From a bacterium (lineage in GTDB: Bacteria > Bacteroidota > Ignavibacteria > UBA10030), in NCBI GenBank assembly GCA_043803945.1, contig JAZDJN010000016.1:235410-299409 (forward strand): DNA of 64,000 bases, given 5' to 3'. The translations under genes and the position numbers were made by a program. Positions 51,815 through 62,299 of the stretch are shown piece by piece. The notes under the pieces are model-generated. The model searched no databases and was not told where the DNA came from. It worked only from the letters and a program-made list of their open reading frames with translations. The stretch's first letter is position 1; each line of letters starts with the position of its first letter.

Positions 51815-52243
51815 TTACAGTTTTTGCTCTAGCGCAGCAGGCATAGAAAAGGAGGGGCGATTAATTGTCGGCACCTGGGGACGAGGTTTATCCCAATCCA
51901 GATCACCCTTCACCCACACATAGGCAAATCCCACAAAGAGGATGACGAGAAAAATTGCCATTTCAATGAATCCAAAGATTCCCAGGCCGCGATAGACAAG
52001 GGCCCAGGGAAGCAGGAAGACTACTTCGACATCGAATATTAAAAAGATCAGAGCAATGACATAGAAGCGGACATTGAGCTTGATCCAGGCACTGCCGACA
52101 GGTTCTTCACCGCATTCATAGGTTGCATTCTTGGCCGGGTAGCGTCTGTTTGGCCGGAGGATCCAAGCGGCCATTAATCCAACAGCAACAAAGACAGTGC
52201 CGATCAGGATGAAGATGAGAATTTTTCCAAATTCGGTTAACAT
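51815..52243 (-). CDS. nuoA: NADH-quinone oxidoreductase subunit A
   Basis: YECGEEP, FLIFDVEVVFLLPW, KGDLDW. Start corrected to MLTEFG. Confidence 0.96.
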   Translation of the reverse strand: MLTEFGKILIFILIGTVFVAVGLMAAWILRPNRRYPAKNATYECGEEPVGSAWIKLNVRFYVIALIFLIFDVEVVFLLPWALVYRGLGIFGFIEMAIFLVILFVGFAYVWVKGDLDWDKPRPQVPTINRPSFSMPAALEQKL

Positions 52244-52431
52244 CGATGTCTCCTCGGAGAAAATTTCCTCATACAACTTCACATTCCACAAAAAATGGTT
52301 GTTCAATATAAAGAGAGTTCGACCATAAGTCAAGAAATACACTTGATTCTATTGAGTCTTTTGCCGTATAAAGTTTGGGATTCTCTATAATGAGAATTGA
52401 GAGTAGGAGATACCTTTTTCGCTCACGCACA

Positions 52432-54024
52432 TTAAGAACTTGTTTCCGAGTCTCCTTTTGCTTTGCGCTGCAATTGTCCTTCAATCCGTTTCGCACTGGG
52501 AGTAATCGATAATCCACCAAGACCCGTACACCTTAGCGTGTAGGGGAGGCTTCTGCCAACAGCATCGAACGCTTGGAGAACCTCATCAAGCGGAATGAGA
52601 TGTTGGTAATCGGCCAATGCCATATTTGCACATGCCAGAGCATTTACAGCCGCCATTACATTTTTCCCGAGGCACGGCGCCTCAACCCGATTTGCAATCG
52701 GATCACAGGTCATACCAAACGAATTTTGTAATGCGAATGAAGCAGCGGATAAAGATTGCTGGAGAGTTCCCCCAGCAAGATGCACTAAGCCCGCCGCAGC
52801 CATTCCAGCAGCAGAGCCGCACTCTGCCTGACATCCGGCACTTTCAGCGGCAAAAGTTGAGCGCTCCGCAATAAACACGCCAATTACTCCGGCAGCAAGC
52901 ATCGCCTTGACAATTTCATCGTCGTCGAGATGAAGTGCATCACCCGTTCCGAGCAGCGCACCGGGCAGAGTACCACAAGAGCCTGCTGTAGGGGCGGCGA
53001 CAATGATCCCCATTGAACTCTTCACTTCCAGCATTGCTGTGACGTAGAGGATAATTCTGTTTAATACGGAGCCCTCGACAAGCCGGTTCTCCTCCATCTT
53101 AGTTTTAAAACGGAGCGACTGAACAGGAAGAATTCTGTCGGCATAGTCAGTCCCTTTCAGCCCCGAATCGAGTGAGCGCCTGAGGAGTTGGACAATTTCC
53201 CTCATCTTATCGATGACGTATTCTCCTGTAAAATTCCCCCGCTCCGCCTCGTAAGCAACCGCAAGTTCCCAGAGTGCAAGATTCTTCCCTTCATTGAACT
53301 TCAACATTTCCTCGCTAGTGGAAAATGGAACTGTCATTCCTTTCCGTGCAAGCACGGGTAACACCGGTTGTATGACCACAATGGAAGCAGCATGGGTAAG
53401 CTGAGTTATTTCTGCGATGATTGATGACGGAATTTCCCGGGATGTGGAGATGTGAAGAAACGGATTTTCACCTTTCTTCATGAGCACACTCTCCCCTTCG
53501 AGCATTGTCTGAATTTTCTCAACGAGAGGATCAGACGAGTGGTGAAGAAAAAACAATGTTTCAACGTAATCCCCCTTCATACTCACCTCCGCCCCATCGA
53601 TCTCGATAATCTCGATCATCCCGCCGCCTGTTGATATCGCTTTCACGGTGTGAGCTGTGAGTTCATTCTTCACCTCGATATGGTAGGTGTTCGGATGCGT
53701 GGCACCAATGGATTCATAGCAAACTTCTACTCGTATCCCAGATTGTTTCAATCCTTCCTTATACGCCAGTAATCGTTCATCGTCGGCATCATACCCAAGG
53801 AAGCCGCTGTACAATCCCATATCTGAACCCTGGCTCTCGTGCGTGGTAACGAGGGATCCGTTCGGATCATACACGATGCGAGCATCCCTGATGCTGCCTT
53901 GCATCAGATCGCGAATCATGCGCCCAATGCGAAGTGCACCGGCACAATGGGAACTCGATGGGCCCCGCATAACAGGGCCGGTCACATCGTTGAAGATGCT
54001 GGGGTAATCGTTGCGCTTCATCAC
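52432..54024 (-). CDS. Fe-S L-serine dehydratase, fused beta (SdaAB) and alpha (SdaAA) subunits
   Basis: GPVMRGPSSSHCAG, HPNT, STGGG, then VAAPTAGSCG, GCQAECG, TCDP..PC and TGLGGL. Confidence 0.9.
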   Translation of the reverse strand: MMKRNDYPSIFNDVTGPVMRGPSSSHCAGALRIGRMIRDLMQGSIRDARIVYDPNGSLVTTHESQGSDMGLYSGFLGYDADDERLLAYKEGLKQSGIRVEVCYESIGATHPNTYHIEVKNELTAHTVKAISTGGGMIEIIEIDGAEVSMKGDYVETLFFLHHSSDPLVEKIQTMLEGESVLMKKGENPFLHISTSREIPSSIIAEITQLTHAASIVVIQPVLPVLARKGMTVPFSTSEEMLKFNEGKNLALWELAVAYEAERGNFTGEYVIDKMREIVQLLRRSLDSGLKGTDYADRILPVQSLRFKTKMEENRLVEGSVLNRIILYVTAMLEVKSSMGIIVAAPTAGSCGTLPGALLGTGDALHLDDDEIVKAMLAAGVIGVFIAERSTFAAESAGCQAECGSAAGMAAAGLVHLAGGTLQQSLSAASFALQNSFGMTCDPIANRVEAPCLGKNVMAAVNALACANMALADYQHLIPLDEVLQAFDAVGRSLPYTLRCTGLGGLSITPSAKRIEGQLQRKAKGDSETSS

Positions 54025-54226
54025 TAATCTCCTGCTGGATCACACTGAGAGTGCTTCATTGCGACGAATATCGGAAATGTTTTATCCGTTTGAAATAGCA
54101 ATCTAACAATCTCTGTAATTGCTCAGCATAGTTCAGTTAAAAGATAATCTGTTTTCCATCTATTGATATAGCGATAACATATTGAGCGGATTTGATGAAG
54201 AATTGTTATACTTTTAGAGGAACATT

Positions 54227-54552
54227 TCCCCCTTTCGTAAAGGGGGGAAGGGGGATTTGGATTTACTCAGTGAGAGATGATGTGATCTTTCTTGTCTTAG
54301 AGTCGTTTACCATCTTTATAAACATTACACGAAGTTCCACCCCGCCAAAATGATGGCGGGCAGGGAAGGAACGGAGAAGATCCACGAAGACAGAAGAACT
54401 CTCAAGAGCTTTTTCTTCGTGTGCTTCGTGCCTTCTTCGTGCTCTTCGTGTACTATCTTTAAAAGCGTTACACAAAGAAACGGAGAAGATCCACAAAGGC
54501 AGAAGAACCTCAAGAGCTTATTCTTCGTGTGCTTCGTGTCTTCTTCGTGCTC
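54227..54552. repeat. Repeat cluster: CCCCCTTT/AAAGGGGG hairpin, CCCGCC..GGCGGGCAGG element and ~75-bp direct duplication rich in CTTCGTG
   Basis: AACGGAGAAGATCCAC...TTCTTCGTGTGCTTCGTG.CTTCTTCGTGCTC occurs at ~54370 and ~54479. Confidence 0.75.
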
Positions 54553-54619
54553 GTGGTATTTATTTTTCGTGAACTACTTGGACGTGTAAACAATCCACAA
54601 CCATCAGAAAGGATGCATA

Positions 54620-55168
54620 ATGATTCGAACCTTATTGATCCTCACCATTGTAACCGTATTCGCTCTCAGCTTGGTTGTCGGCCAGACAACAAAACCAGAA
54701 GCCGCTGACAAGGTCCTGATTACCGCCCTCAAAGAATCCAAAGCTGCCAACAAACCCGTTTTCTTAATATTCCATGCTTCGTGGTGCGGCTGGTGTAAAC
54801 GACTTGAAAAGGCGATGGAGAGCCCAGAGCTGAAAAAAATCTTTGAAGAGAATTATGTCATTGCACATCTCGATGTACTTGAGAGCAAAGAGAAAGTAGA
54901 TTCACTTGAAAATCCAGGTGGTAAGGAGATTATGGCCAAATTTGGGGGTGAAAAATCCGGTCTACCATTTTACGCCTTCCTCGATCAAGCCGGAAAGAGG
55001 ATTGCCAACTCCAACGTCATGCCGAAAGATCAGAATATCGGATACCCGGGATCTGTCGAAGAAATCGAAGCCTTTATCAAACTGCTCAAAACTTCGTCGC
55101 CGAAGATGTCAGAACAGCAAGTCACTGCAATTGCAGACTATTTTAAGAAGAACGCTCCGAAATCATGA
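54620..55168 (+). CDS. Exported thioredoxin-fold protein
   Basis: Signal peptide, FHASWCGWCK, GLPFY cis-Pro loop. Confidence 0.9.
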   Translation: MIRTLLILTIVTVFALSLVVGQTTKPEAADKVLITALKESKAANKPVFLIFHASWCGWCKRLEKAMESPELKKIFEENYVIAHLDVLESKEKVDSLENPGGKEIMAKFGGEKSGLPFYAFLDQAGKRIANSNVMPKDQNIGYPGSVEEIEAFIKLLKTSSPKMSEQQVTAIADYFKKNAPKS

Positions 55169-55473
55169 CCACAGATGAAAAGCAGATGAGACACAGATTA
55201 CCACGGATAAGATTTCTTTAAGTGGGTTAACGAGTGAGTCGGTGTGTTCATCCTGCTGATTAGAGAGGTTCTTAATATACGGGGGAGCGGGGTGAACACA
55301 GATATTTATCTTCATGATATTGGTACGAACAAGATGTGATACTATTTACTTCTCTCGGTGATTATCAGTGTGCCATCCCCGTCTGCTCGCCGACCTGCCC
55401 GACGCAGGCGGGTGCACTTCGTGCTTAGGCGAGCCTGCCTTTCGAGATGCAAAGATGGCGGGCAGGAGTGGTT
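55169..55473. repeat. CACAGAT-type repeats plus a dispersed repeat interrupted by an 89-bp nested palindromic insert
   Basis: 55347-55377 plus 55467-55473 is the near reverse complement of 13987-14028. The insert 55378-55466 is bounded by CCCGTCTGC...GGCGGGCAGG. Confidence 0.75.
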
Positions 55474-55709
55474 TTTTTGGTTTATTACTTTCTAAGCTGA
55501 GTAGCAACAATGCGGGGATCAAAATATTGGAGAGATCGGTGAGATGTGATGGTTGATCTCTCAAAGAAAAACCAGCAGTGTGAGTACTTACGCCATTGGA
55601 TGCCGACACGAAATGGAGCGATCACCTTGCATTTAGCTAATCCTTGTTTCAACATCGCCTATCCAGTGTGCGAGCGCCGGTTTGCGGTTTGATAGTTGCA
55701 GTCGCCCTT

Positions 55710-57188
55710 TCATCTCATCAAAACGAGCTTCTTGGTTTCAGAAAACGAACCAGCTTGCAAGCGATAAAAGTAAATCCCTGTCGACATATTCGCGGCATTC
55801 CATTGCCGTGCGTACGTTCCTGCAGGCATCTCCTCTGCGATCAGAATCGACAATTCTCTTCCCAAAACATCCAACACTTTCAGTGATACAAACGATTTAG
55901 ATGGAAGACTAAAGGGAATAGTCGTTGTTGGATTAAACGGGTTGGGATAGTTTTGTAGTAGTGCAAACTGTGTTGGAATTACATTTGATTCTTCTCCAAT
56001 ATTTGTAATTGTAATTTTCCCTTTTGCAAAATAAGCGTCGTCTTCGTTACCCTCCCGGGCAAGAGTCCAAACAGCATAGAGTATATCATTCCCATCAACA
56101 CATATAGAAGGATCCTTGACATTTGCGTTCGTGTCTGAAATGAATACAGTTACAGGGAAGGTGGCGCCTTGATTGTTGGATTTAGTACAGAATAAACCGT
56201 TTTTTTCACCTGTAAATTGCGGATATGCAATATAAATTTCACCGGTAGAATTTATTGCCAAAGAAGGTGAACCCCAGCCGCCGCTTGCAATTTCCGTTGC
56301 CGCTCCAAATGAAGAGCCGCCGTTTGTTGATTTTCCAAATAGAATTTTTCTATTGCTTCCCTGAGCATCATCTTCTTGTCTCCATACGACATAGACATTT
56401 GAACCAACGACAGCTATCGATGTAGCAGTTCGTATTTTATCACTGCTTCCCGAAATATTATTCACCATAATATTGGGACCAAAACTTACTCCGCTATTTG
56501 TTGATTTGGCAAAATAGATATCCATACCAGTTCCAACTCTTCTTCCGTCATTCCAAATACAATAAATATTCCCGTTATTGTCTAGACACATTGCATTGGG
56601 GGAATCCCATTTTACATCGTCAATTGATGCATCGGTTACTTCGTATGGGACTTCAAAGGTAATTCCACCATTTGTTGACCTTGCGAAGAAATAACCTACT
56701 TTATTACCCGCTTTAGGTTTACAAAAAAAGATGTAGACATTGCTTCCGTGAACGGCTATTTGAGGAAAAACCCCTTCGGCAGATATTGTTAAAGGAGCAG
56801 AAAAGGTTGTTGCTTGATTGATTGATTTTGCAAAATATACTCCATTAATATTTTCACCCACTAGCCCATCCCACACAACATAAACCGAACCAGCATTATC
56901 AGTAGTAATTGCGCCAAATACATGTGGATCAGTTCCGCCAACCCTTACTCCATTATTGAATGTTACACCTCCATCGGTAGATTTTGAAACATAAGAGAAG
57001 TAAGTGCCTGCCATATCTTGCCAAAGGAGATAAACATTATTACCATACACAGCAATTGAATTACCTCCATCGGTGTTTTGATTGCCCGTTGTTAAGTGGT
57101 TGACTTTAATATTTTTAAAACCTTGTCCAATAACAGGATTTGAGATCGCTATAACGGTAACCAAGATAAAAAAATAAATGTTTTTCAA
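55710..57188 (-). CDS. T9SS-secreted BNR/Asp-box repeat (sialidase-like propeller) protein
   Basis: Repeated S(T)xGGxTF Asp-boxes and C-terminal QNYPNPFNP...KKLVLMR. TTG start with AAGGA RBS inferred. Confidence 0.88.
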   Translation of the reverse strand: MKNIYFFILVTVIAISNPVIGQGFKNIKVNHLTTGNQNTDGGNSIAVYGNNVYLLWQDMAGTYFSYVSKSTDGGVTFNNGVRVGGTDPHVFGAITTDNAGSVYVVWDGLVGENINGVYFAKSINQATTFSAPLTISAEGVFPQIAVHGSNVYIFFCKPKAGNKVGYFFARSTNGGITFEVPYEVTDASIDDVKWDSPNAMCLDNNGNIYCIWNDGRRVGTGMDIYFAKSTNSGVSFGPNIMVNNISGSSDKIRTATSIAVVGSNVYVVWRQEDDAQGSNRKILFGKSTNGGSSFGAATEIASGGWGSPSLAINSTGEIYIAYPQFTGEKNGLFCTKSNNQGATFPVTVFISDTNANVKDPSICVDGNDILYAVWTLAREGNEDDAYFAKGKITITNIGEESNVIPTQFALLQNYPNPFNPTTTIPFSLPSKSFVSLKVLDVLGRELSILIAEEMPAGTYARQWNAANMSTGIYFYRLQAGSFSETKKLVLMR

Positions 57189-57361
57189 TGTTAAATCCTT
57201 TCGTGAAATAGTGAAGTGCCTATCCGCCGACAGGCGGGCAATTGAAACTATCTGTAGGATAGGCGTGCACACCTTGCGTAATTCCTACAATTTTCGGGCA
57301 AGGAAGGGCTCTTCTCCGGGAGTATTGTATTTTTTTATCAGTATTTCAGAAACCAACTGAA

Positions 57362-59869
57362 TCAAATACTGATCTTTACCGGCTGCACTTTCCAAATTTT
57401 CTCGGCATAGTCTCGGATCGATCGGTCGGAAGAAAATTTTCCCATCCTCGCGACATTGAGAATTGACATCTTCGTCCAGTGTTCCTGATCGCGATACGCC
57501 TTATCCACTCTTCCCTGACATTCCATGTAAGCCTCAAAATCGGCAAGCAGGAAAAAGACATCGTAATACAACAGTGCATCGATGAGAGGTTGAAACAAGT
57601 TATTATCACCTCTGGCAAAATATCCGCTCGAAAAAAGTTCAAAGACCTCCCGGAGTTCACTGTTCGATTCCACATAGTCCATTGGCCGGTATCCCCGAAC
57701 TTGCAGGGCATGGACCTCATCATCGGTGAGGCCAAAGAGGAAGAAGTTTTCTTCCCCGACCGCTTCGCGAATCTCAACATTAGCTCCATCAAGCGTACCA
57801 ATGGTAAGAGCACCATTCATTGAGAACTTCATATTACCGGTGCCGGATGCTTCCTTACCGGCTGTCGAAATTTGTTCAGAAAGATCGGCAGCAGGATAAA
57901 TCGAGTGAGCATTCTTGACATTGAAATCCGGAATGAAGACAACCTTTAATCGCCCTTTCATATCGGGATCGTTATTGACTACATCGGCCACAGAATTGAT
58001 CATCTTGATAATCAATTTAGCCATGAAATAACCCGGGGCTGATTTACCGGCAAAAATCACCGTCCTTGGTACGACATCGATCTCCGGATCCTTTTTAATT
58101 CTATGATAGAGAGCGATAACATGCAACATGTTTAAATGCTGTCGTTTGTATTCATGAATTCGTTTCACCTGGATATCGAACAATGAATGTGGATCAACCT
58201 CAATGCCTGTCCGTTGAAGGATGATCGATGCGAGTTTAATCTTATTCTCGAGTTTGATGCGCTGCCATTCCTGCTGGAATTCTTTCTGATCAGCATAGAC
58301 CTCAAGTTTTGGCAGCTGATTCTCCATGTCGTGAATCCACTCATCTCCGATCTTCGATGAAATCAATTGAGTCAACTGCGGATTGCTCAGGACAACCCAC
58401 CGGCGGGGAGTGACACCATTTGTTACATTGAGGAATTTCTCCGGAAAGAGTTCATAGAAATCGCGCATCACATCGCGCTTCAATAATTCAGTATGCAGGG
58501 CTGCAACGCCGTTGATGGCATGGCTTCCCACGCTGGCGAGATTCGCCATCCGGATATATTTCACTCCTGACTCATCGATCAGAGAGAGACGGGCGATCTT
58601 TCCATCATCGATTGATTCCATCGCCCTCAACTCATCGAGAAATCGCCGGTTGATTTCGAAAATGATCTCGAGGTGCCTTGGAAGCAGATTTGCGAAAAGC
58701 GGCATTGGCCATTTTTCCAATGCTTCCGGCAGGAGCGTGTGGTTTGTATAGGCAAATGTCTTTTGTGTGATATCCCAGGCAGTGTCCCAATCCATCTGGT
58801 GCTCATCCACGAGCAAACGCATCAGCTCGGCAACCGCAATCGATGGATGGGTGTCGTTCAACTGGATCGCGTTCCGTTTATGGAAATCTTTGAGTGCATC
58901 CCCTCTGCGAAGATGGACTCGTATTAAATCCTGCAACGAGCAGGAGACAAAAAAGTATTGCTGCTCCAGTCGCAGCCGTTTTCCCTGAATGACCTCATCG
59001 TTTGGATACAGGACTTTGGTAATATTCTCAGAGGACATTTTTGATTCCACCGCACCGTAATAATCCCCCACATTAAACGCTTGAAGATCGAACGATTCCG
59101 TTGCCTCTGCCTTCCAGAGCCGAAGAAGGTTTACCGTGTTTACCTTATACCCCGGCACAGTAATATCCGATGCGGCACCCCGAACTGTTCTGGATGGAAG
59201 CCAGCGAACATGATATCCATCCTCCTCATCAACGGTATGTTCGGTATGTCCGCCGAAATTAACAACGTATGCAATCTCAGGACGGGGAATCTCCCAGGGT
59301 GTACCGAGGCGGAGCCATTTATCGCTGACCTCGACTTGCCAACCATTATGGATTTCCTGATCGAAAATTCCAAATTCATATCGAATGCCATATCCAACAC
59401 CGAGAATTTCAAGAGATGCAAGGGAGTCGAGAAAACAGGCGGCGAGGCGGCCCAATCCACCATTACCCAATCCCGGTTCTTCCTCCTGCTCCAGGAGATG
59501 ATCGAAATCCTGGCCCAGTTGCGCCACCGCTTCTTTGACTTCATCATAGATGCCGAGGCTGATGAGGTTACTTCCGAGCTGCGGGCCGATTAAAAATTCC
59601 GCCGATAAGTAGCTGACAGATTTTTCCCTGCTTCCCATGTAAGTCTCAATCGTCTGCATCCAGCGATGAAGAATTCGATCTCGCACCGTATAAGCAACCG
59701 CCATATACCAGTCATTGCGTGTAGCCGTTATCGGTACGCGTCCCTGAGTAAAATGGAGATGGTCCATGATGGCGTGCTTCATGGCTTCCGGAGTAACAGC
59801 GGTTCGGATATTCTCTGGAATTGTTTTTTTTCCAGTGCGTGGGGTAGTGCTGGATTTCTTCTTGGTCAT
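57362..59869 (-). CDS. glgP: Glycogen/starch phosphorylase
   Basis: GLGNGGLGRLAACF, QLNDTHP, KRIHEYKRQ, EASGTGNMKF. Confidence 0.97.
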   Translation of the reverse strand: MTKKKSSTTPRTGKKTIPENIRTAVTPEAMKHAIMDHLHFTQGRVPITATRNDWYMAVAYTVRDRILHRWMQTIETYMGSREKSVSYLSAEFLIGPQLGSNLISLGIYDEVKEAVAQLGQDFDHLLEQEEEPGLGNGGLGRLAACFLDSLASLEILGVGYGIRYEFGIFDQEIHNGWQVEVSDKWLRLGTPWEIPRPEIAYVVNFGGHTEHTVDEEDGYHVRWLPSRTVRGAASDITVPGYKVNTVNLLRLWKAEATESFDLQAFNVGDYYGAVESKMSSENITKVLYPNDEVIQGKRLRLEQQYFFVSCSLQDLIRVHLRRGDALKDFHKRNAIQLNDTHPSIAVAELMRLLVDEHQMDWDTAWDITQKTFAYTNHTLLPEALEKWPMPLFANLLPRHLEIIFEINRRFLDELRAMESIDDGKIARLSLIDESGVKYIRMANLASVGSHAINGVAALHTELLKRDVMRDFYELFPEKFLNVTNGVTPRRWVVLSNPQLTQLISSKIGDEWIHDMENQLPKLEVYADQKEFQQEWQRIKLENKIKLASIILQRTGIEVDPHSLFDIQVKRIHEYKRQHLNMLHVIALYHRIKKDPEIDVVPRTVIFAGKSAPGYFMAKLIIKMINSVADVVNNDPDMKGRLKVVFIPDFNVKNAHSIYPAADLSEQISTAGKEASGTGNMKFSMNGALTIGTLDGANVEIREAVGEENFFLFGLTDDEVHALQVRGYRPMDYVESNSELREVFELFSSGYFARGDNNLFQPLIDALLYYDVFFLLADFEAYMECQGRVDKAYRDQEHWTKMSILNVARMGKFSSDRSIRDYAEKIWKVQPVKISI

Positions 59870-60192
59870 TGCAGTGCTCCGATGGGTATGAGAACAGTAA
59901 TCGCTGCGGTGCAGAACCGATTGTCGCTCGGTGATGGATTATCTATATATGCCATCTGACATCCCCCGCTATTCTGTGGAGACAGGGCTTCAAGAAACAA
60001 CTCTTGATCTTCGGTTTCTCTCGTGACAGTTGAAAAGATTCAACAGTGATGATGAATCGATTCGTTGATAATCATCATAACAACATACGATGGATCGTCT
60101 TGTCTTGTGCGCTCAATGTAGGAGAGTTTACGTTGAGAGGCAAGAGAGTCTGGAGTGTTAATTCTCAGGAATGACAACTCCGCGAGGAGCTA

Positions 60193-60906
60193 TCATCTCG
60201 CGGATAGTGGATGAGATTCCTTGCTTTGCGGCTTCCTCACTCTTTGCTGGACGGCTGGGCTTCGTAATTCACGCAGGGCATCGGAAGCAATCCATCGGGC
60301 GGCTGATGAATCTATCTTCTTCATTGTTAAGGCAAGCTTGATCGCTTTCACATTTAAGTTCCGGTTCCGCTTTCCTATTTGTCGTAGCGCCCAATTCACT
60401 GCTTTCTTTACAAAATTCCTTTCATCCGTCGCACCACGCAGCAGCAGAGGGAACAGATTAATAAAAACAGAATCATCAGTTTTCTTATCATGCACTGCCA
60501 GTACGGCGATCATCACAAATCCGGCACGGCGTATGTACTCTGCGTTATCGAGGCACCACTCAATCGCCTTCTCGTAGGCAAATGGAGTTTTACGGAACAG
60601 GTAGAGACAACAGGCATCGCACACGGCCCAATTGTCGAAGTCACTGACCCACTTTTGCATCTGGCCTTGAGTGACATGGACTGGATCACCAATCAGGGCG
60701 GCAAGTGCACGCGCCTCCAAATATTCTGTTTTCCAGAGCTCACGCGAAAGAATTTGATTTATTCCGATCTGTTTCGCGAGACGATGGAGAATTGGCGCTG
60801 AGATACCGAATGCCTTCTTCGTTTCGACTCCATAATGGGCATGGGCCGCAACAATATTCGGATTTGCATGCTCCTTCAGCACCTTCAGGACATCCGCTGC
60901 GGTCAT
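60193..60906 (-). CDS. DNA alkylation repair protein (AlkD-like)
   Basis: FDNWAVCD, DERNFVKKAVNWALRQIGKR, ARWIASDALREL. Start is uncertain (60906 or 60966). Confidence 0.88.
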   Translation of the reverse strand: MTAADVLKVLKEHANPNIVAAHAHYGVETKKAFGISAPILHRLAKQIGINQILSRELWKTEYLEARALAALIGDPVHVTQGQMQKWVSDFDNWAVCDACCLYLFRKTPFAYEKAIEWCLDNAEYIRRAGFVMIAVLAVHDKKTDDSVFINLFPLLLRGATDERNFVKKAVNWALRQIGKRNRNLNVKAIKLALTMKKIDSSAARWIASDALRELRSPAVQQRVRKPQSKESHPLSAR

Positions 60907-60937
60907 CGATGATGGCGGTGTCTGCTTGCCGGACGGA

Positions 60938-61486
60938 TTATTTTGGGGGGTTCCAGATGGTTTCATTGGTACTGTCAAGTTTATTCGCATAGCGTGCAAG
61001 GACGAACAGTAAATCTGAAAGACGATTGAGATAGACCAGCGCAGCATCTCCGATCTTCACCTCTTTCATTAATCGAACAGTAAGTCGTTCCGCTCTCCGG
61101 CAGACGGTGCGAGCGGTGTGAAGATGAGCTGCCACTGCAGATCCCCCGGGGAGAATGAATGCTTTCAGTGGAGCAAGTTGTCCGTCAATCCGATCAATGA
61201 TTGATTCAAGTTCAACGATATGCTGCTTATTGATACGCGGGACCTGGGCACGATCCTCATCGAGCGGGGTTGCCAGATCCGAGCCAAGGACGAAAAGATC
61301 ATTCTGCAGGAGTTGAAGGATGGTCTCCAGTTCTGACGGTGGTTTAAACGAGCGGGCGACACCAATCATAGAATTAAGTTCATCGACCGTTCCGTATGTC
61401 TCGATGCGCAAGACATCCTTCCCAACGCGATCTCCGCCAAAAAGTGAGGTCTCTCCCTGATCTCCGGTCTTTGTATAAATTTTCAT
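60938..61486 (-). CDS. pduO: ATP:cob(I)alamin adenosyltransferase, PduO type
   Basis: KIYTKTGDQGET, GTVDELNS, FILPGG, RTVCRRAER, YLNRLSD. Confidence 0.95.
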   Translation of the reverse strand: MKIYTKTGDQGETSLFGGDRVGKDVLRIETYGTVDELNSMIGVARSFKPPSELETILQLLQNDLFVLGSDLATPLDEDRAQVPRINKQHIVELESIIDRIDGQLAPLKAFILPGGSAVAAHLHTARTVCRRAERLTVRLMKEVKIGDAALVYLNRLSDLLFVLARYANKLDSTNETIWNPPK

Positions 61487-61632
61487 GTATGAACGATTCA
61501 TTTTCCTGCGAGAAAAAGCCTTGTGCGACGACAACTATTCTCAATGAAAAAAGGGAGCGTCGTTGTTGGGCGTGTTATACGAAGACGGTTGCCCTTTAAG
61601 TTTTCTGATGTTCATTCCTGAGACCTGCAATC

Positions 61633-62295
61633 TCAAAGGATTCCTTTTTCCAAGAAACTGAAATAATCACTCCGATTGAAAATGATGTGATCGAGCAAAT
61701 CTATGCCAACAATAGTGCCGGCAGCCTTGAGTTGTGTTGTGATGTCGATGTCGCTGCGTGAGGGTTCGAGTCCCCCGCTAGTGTGATTGTGGGCAACGAT
61801 GACTGCCGAGGCGCGATCCGAGAGAGCATCCGAAAATACCTCTCGGGGATGCACTGGGCTGCGATCAATCAGCCCAATTGAAACAACCCGGATGTTTAGA
61901 ATCTCGTTCGCGCCGTTGATGGTGGCACAGAGAAAATGTTCCTGCTTCCGGTCGGCGTAGTGCCGGACGTGAGGCAATAGGTCAGCCGGGGTTTCAATCT
62001 TTGCGCCCTCCGGTTTGATGCGGCGACGCGCGAACTCAATCGCGGCCAAAATCAATGTTGCCTTTGCGTCGCCCACACCCTCGAACTGCGAGAGGTCTTC
62101 CGCTTTCACTTCCAACCCCTTTTCGTCGATGAGCCGCGCCAGTTTCCCGGCGAGCGTCATCACGTCCATGCCTGTCGCGCCTTTGCCCAGCAAAACTGCC
62201 AGCAGTTCCTGATCGCTCAAGGCGGGAGCGCCCTTGCGCAGCAGTTTTTCGCGCGGGCGGTCGTCTTCGGGAATCTGGTCAATGGTCTTGCTCAT
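61633..62295 (-). CDS. radC: RadC / JAB-domain protein
   Basis: PREKL, ELLAVLL, HhH GVGDAKA, VHPREVF, HNHTSG..PS..D, LLDHII. Confidence 0.93.
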   Translation of the reverse strand: MSKTIDQIPEDDRPREKLLRKGAPALSDQELLAVLLGKGATGMDVMTLAGKLARLIDEKGLEVKAEDLSQFEGVGDAKATLILAAIEFARRRIKPEGAKIETPADLLPHVRHYADRKQEHFLCATINGANEILNIRVVSIGLIDRSPVHPREVFSDALSDRASAVIVAHNHTSGGLEPSRSDIDITTQLKAAGTIVGIDLLDHIIFNRSDYFSFLEKGIL

Positions 62296-62299
62296 AGCC

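Noticed and set aside
54370-54552. Possible CRISPR array (also considered for 15239-15393)
   Set aside because: Only two long degenerate units, no regular repeat-spacer periodicity and no cas genes.
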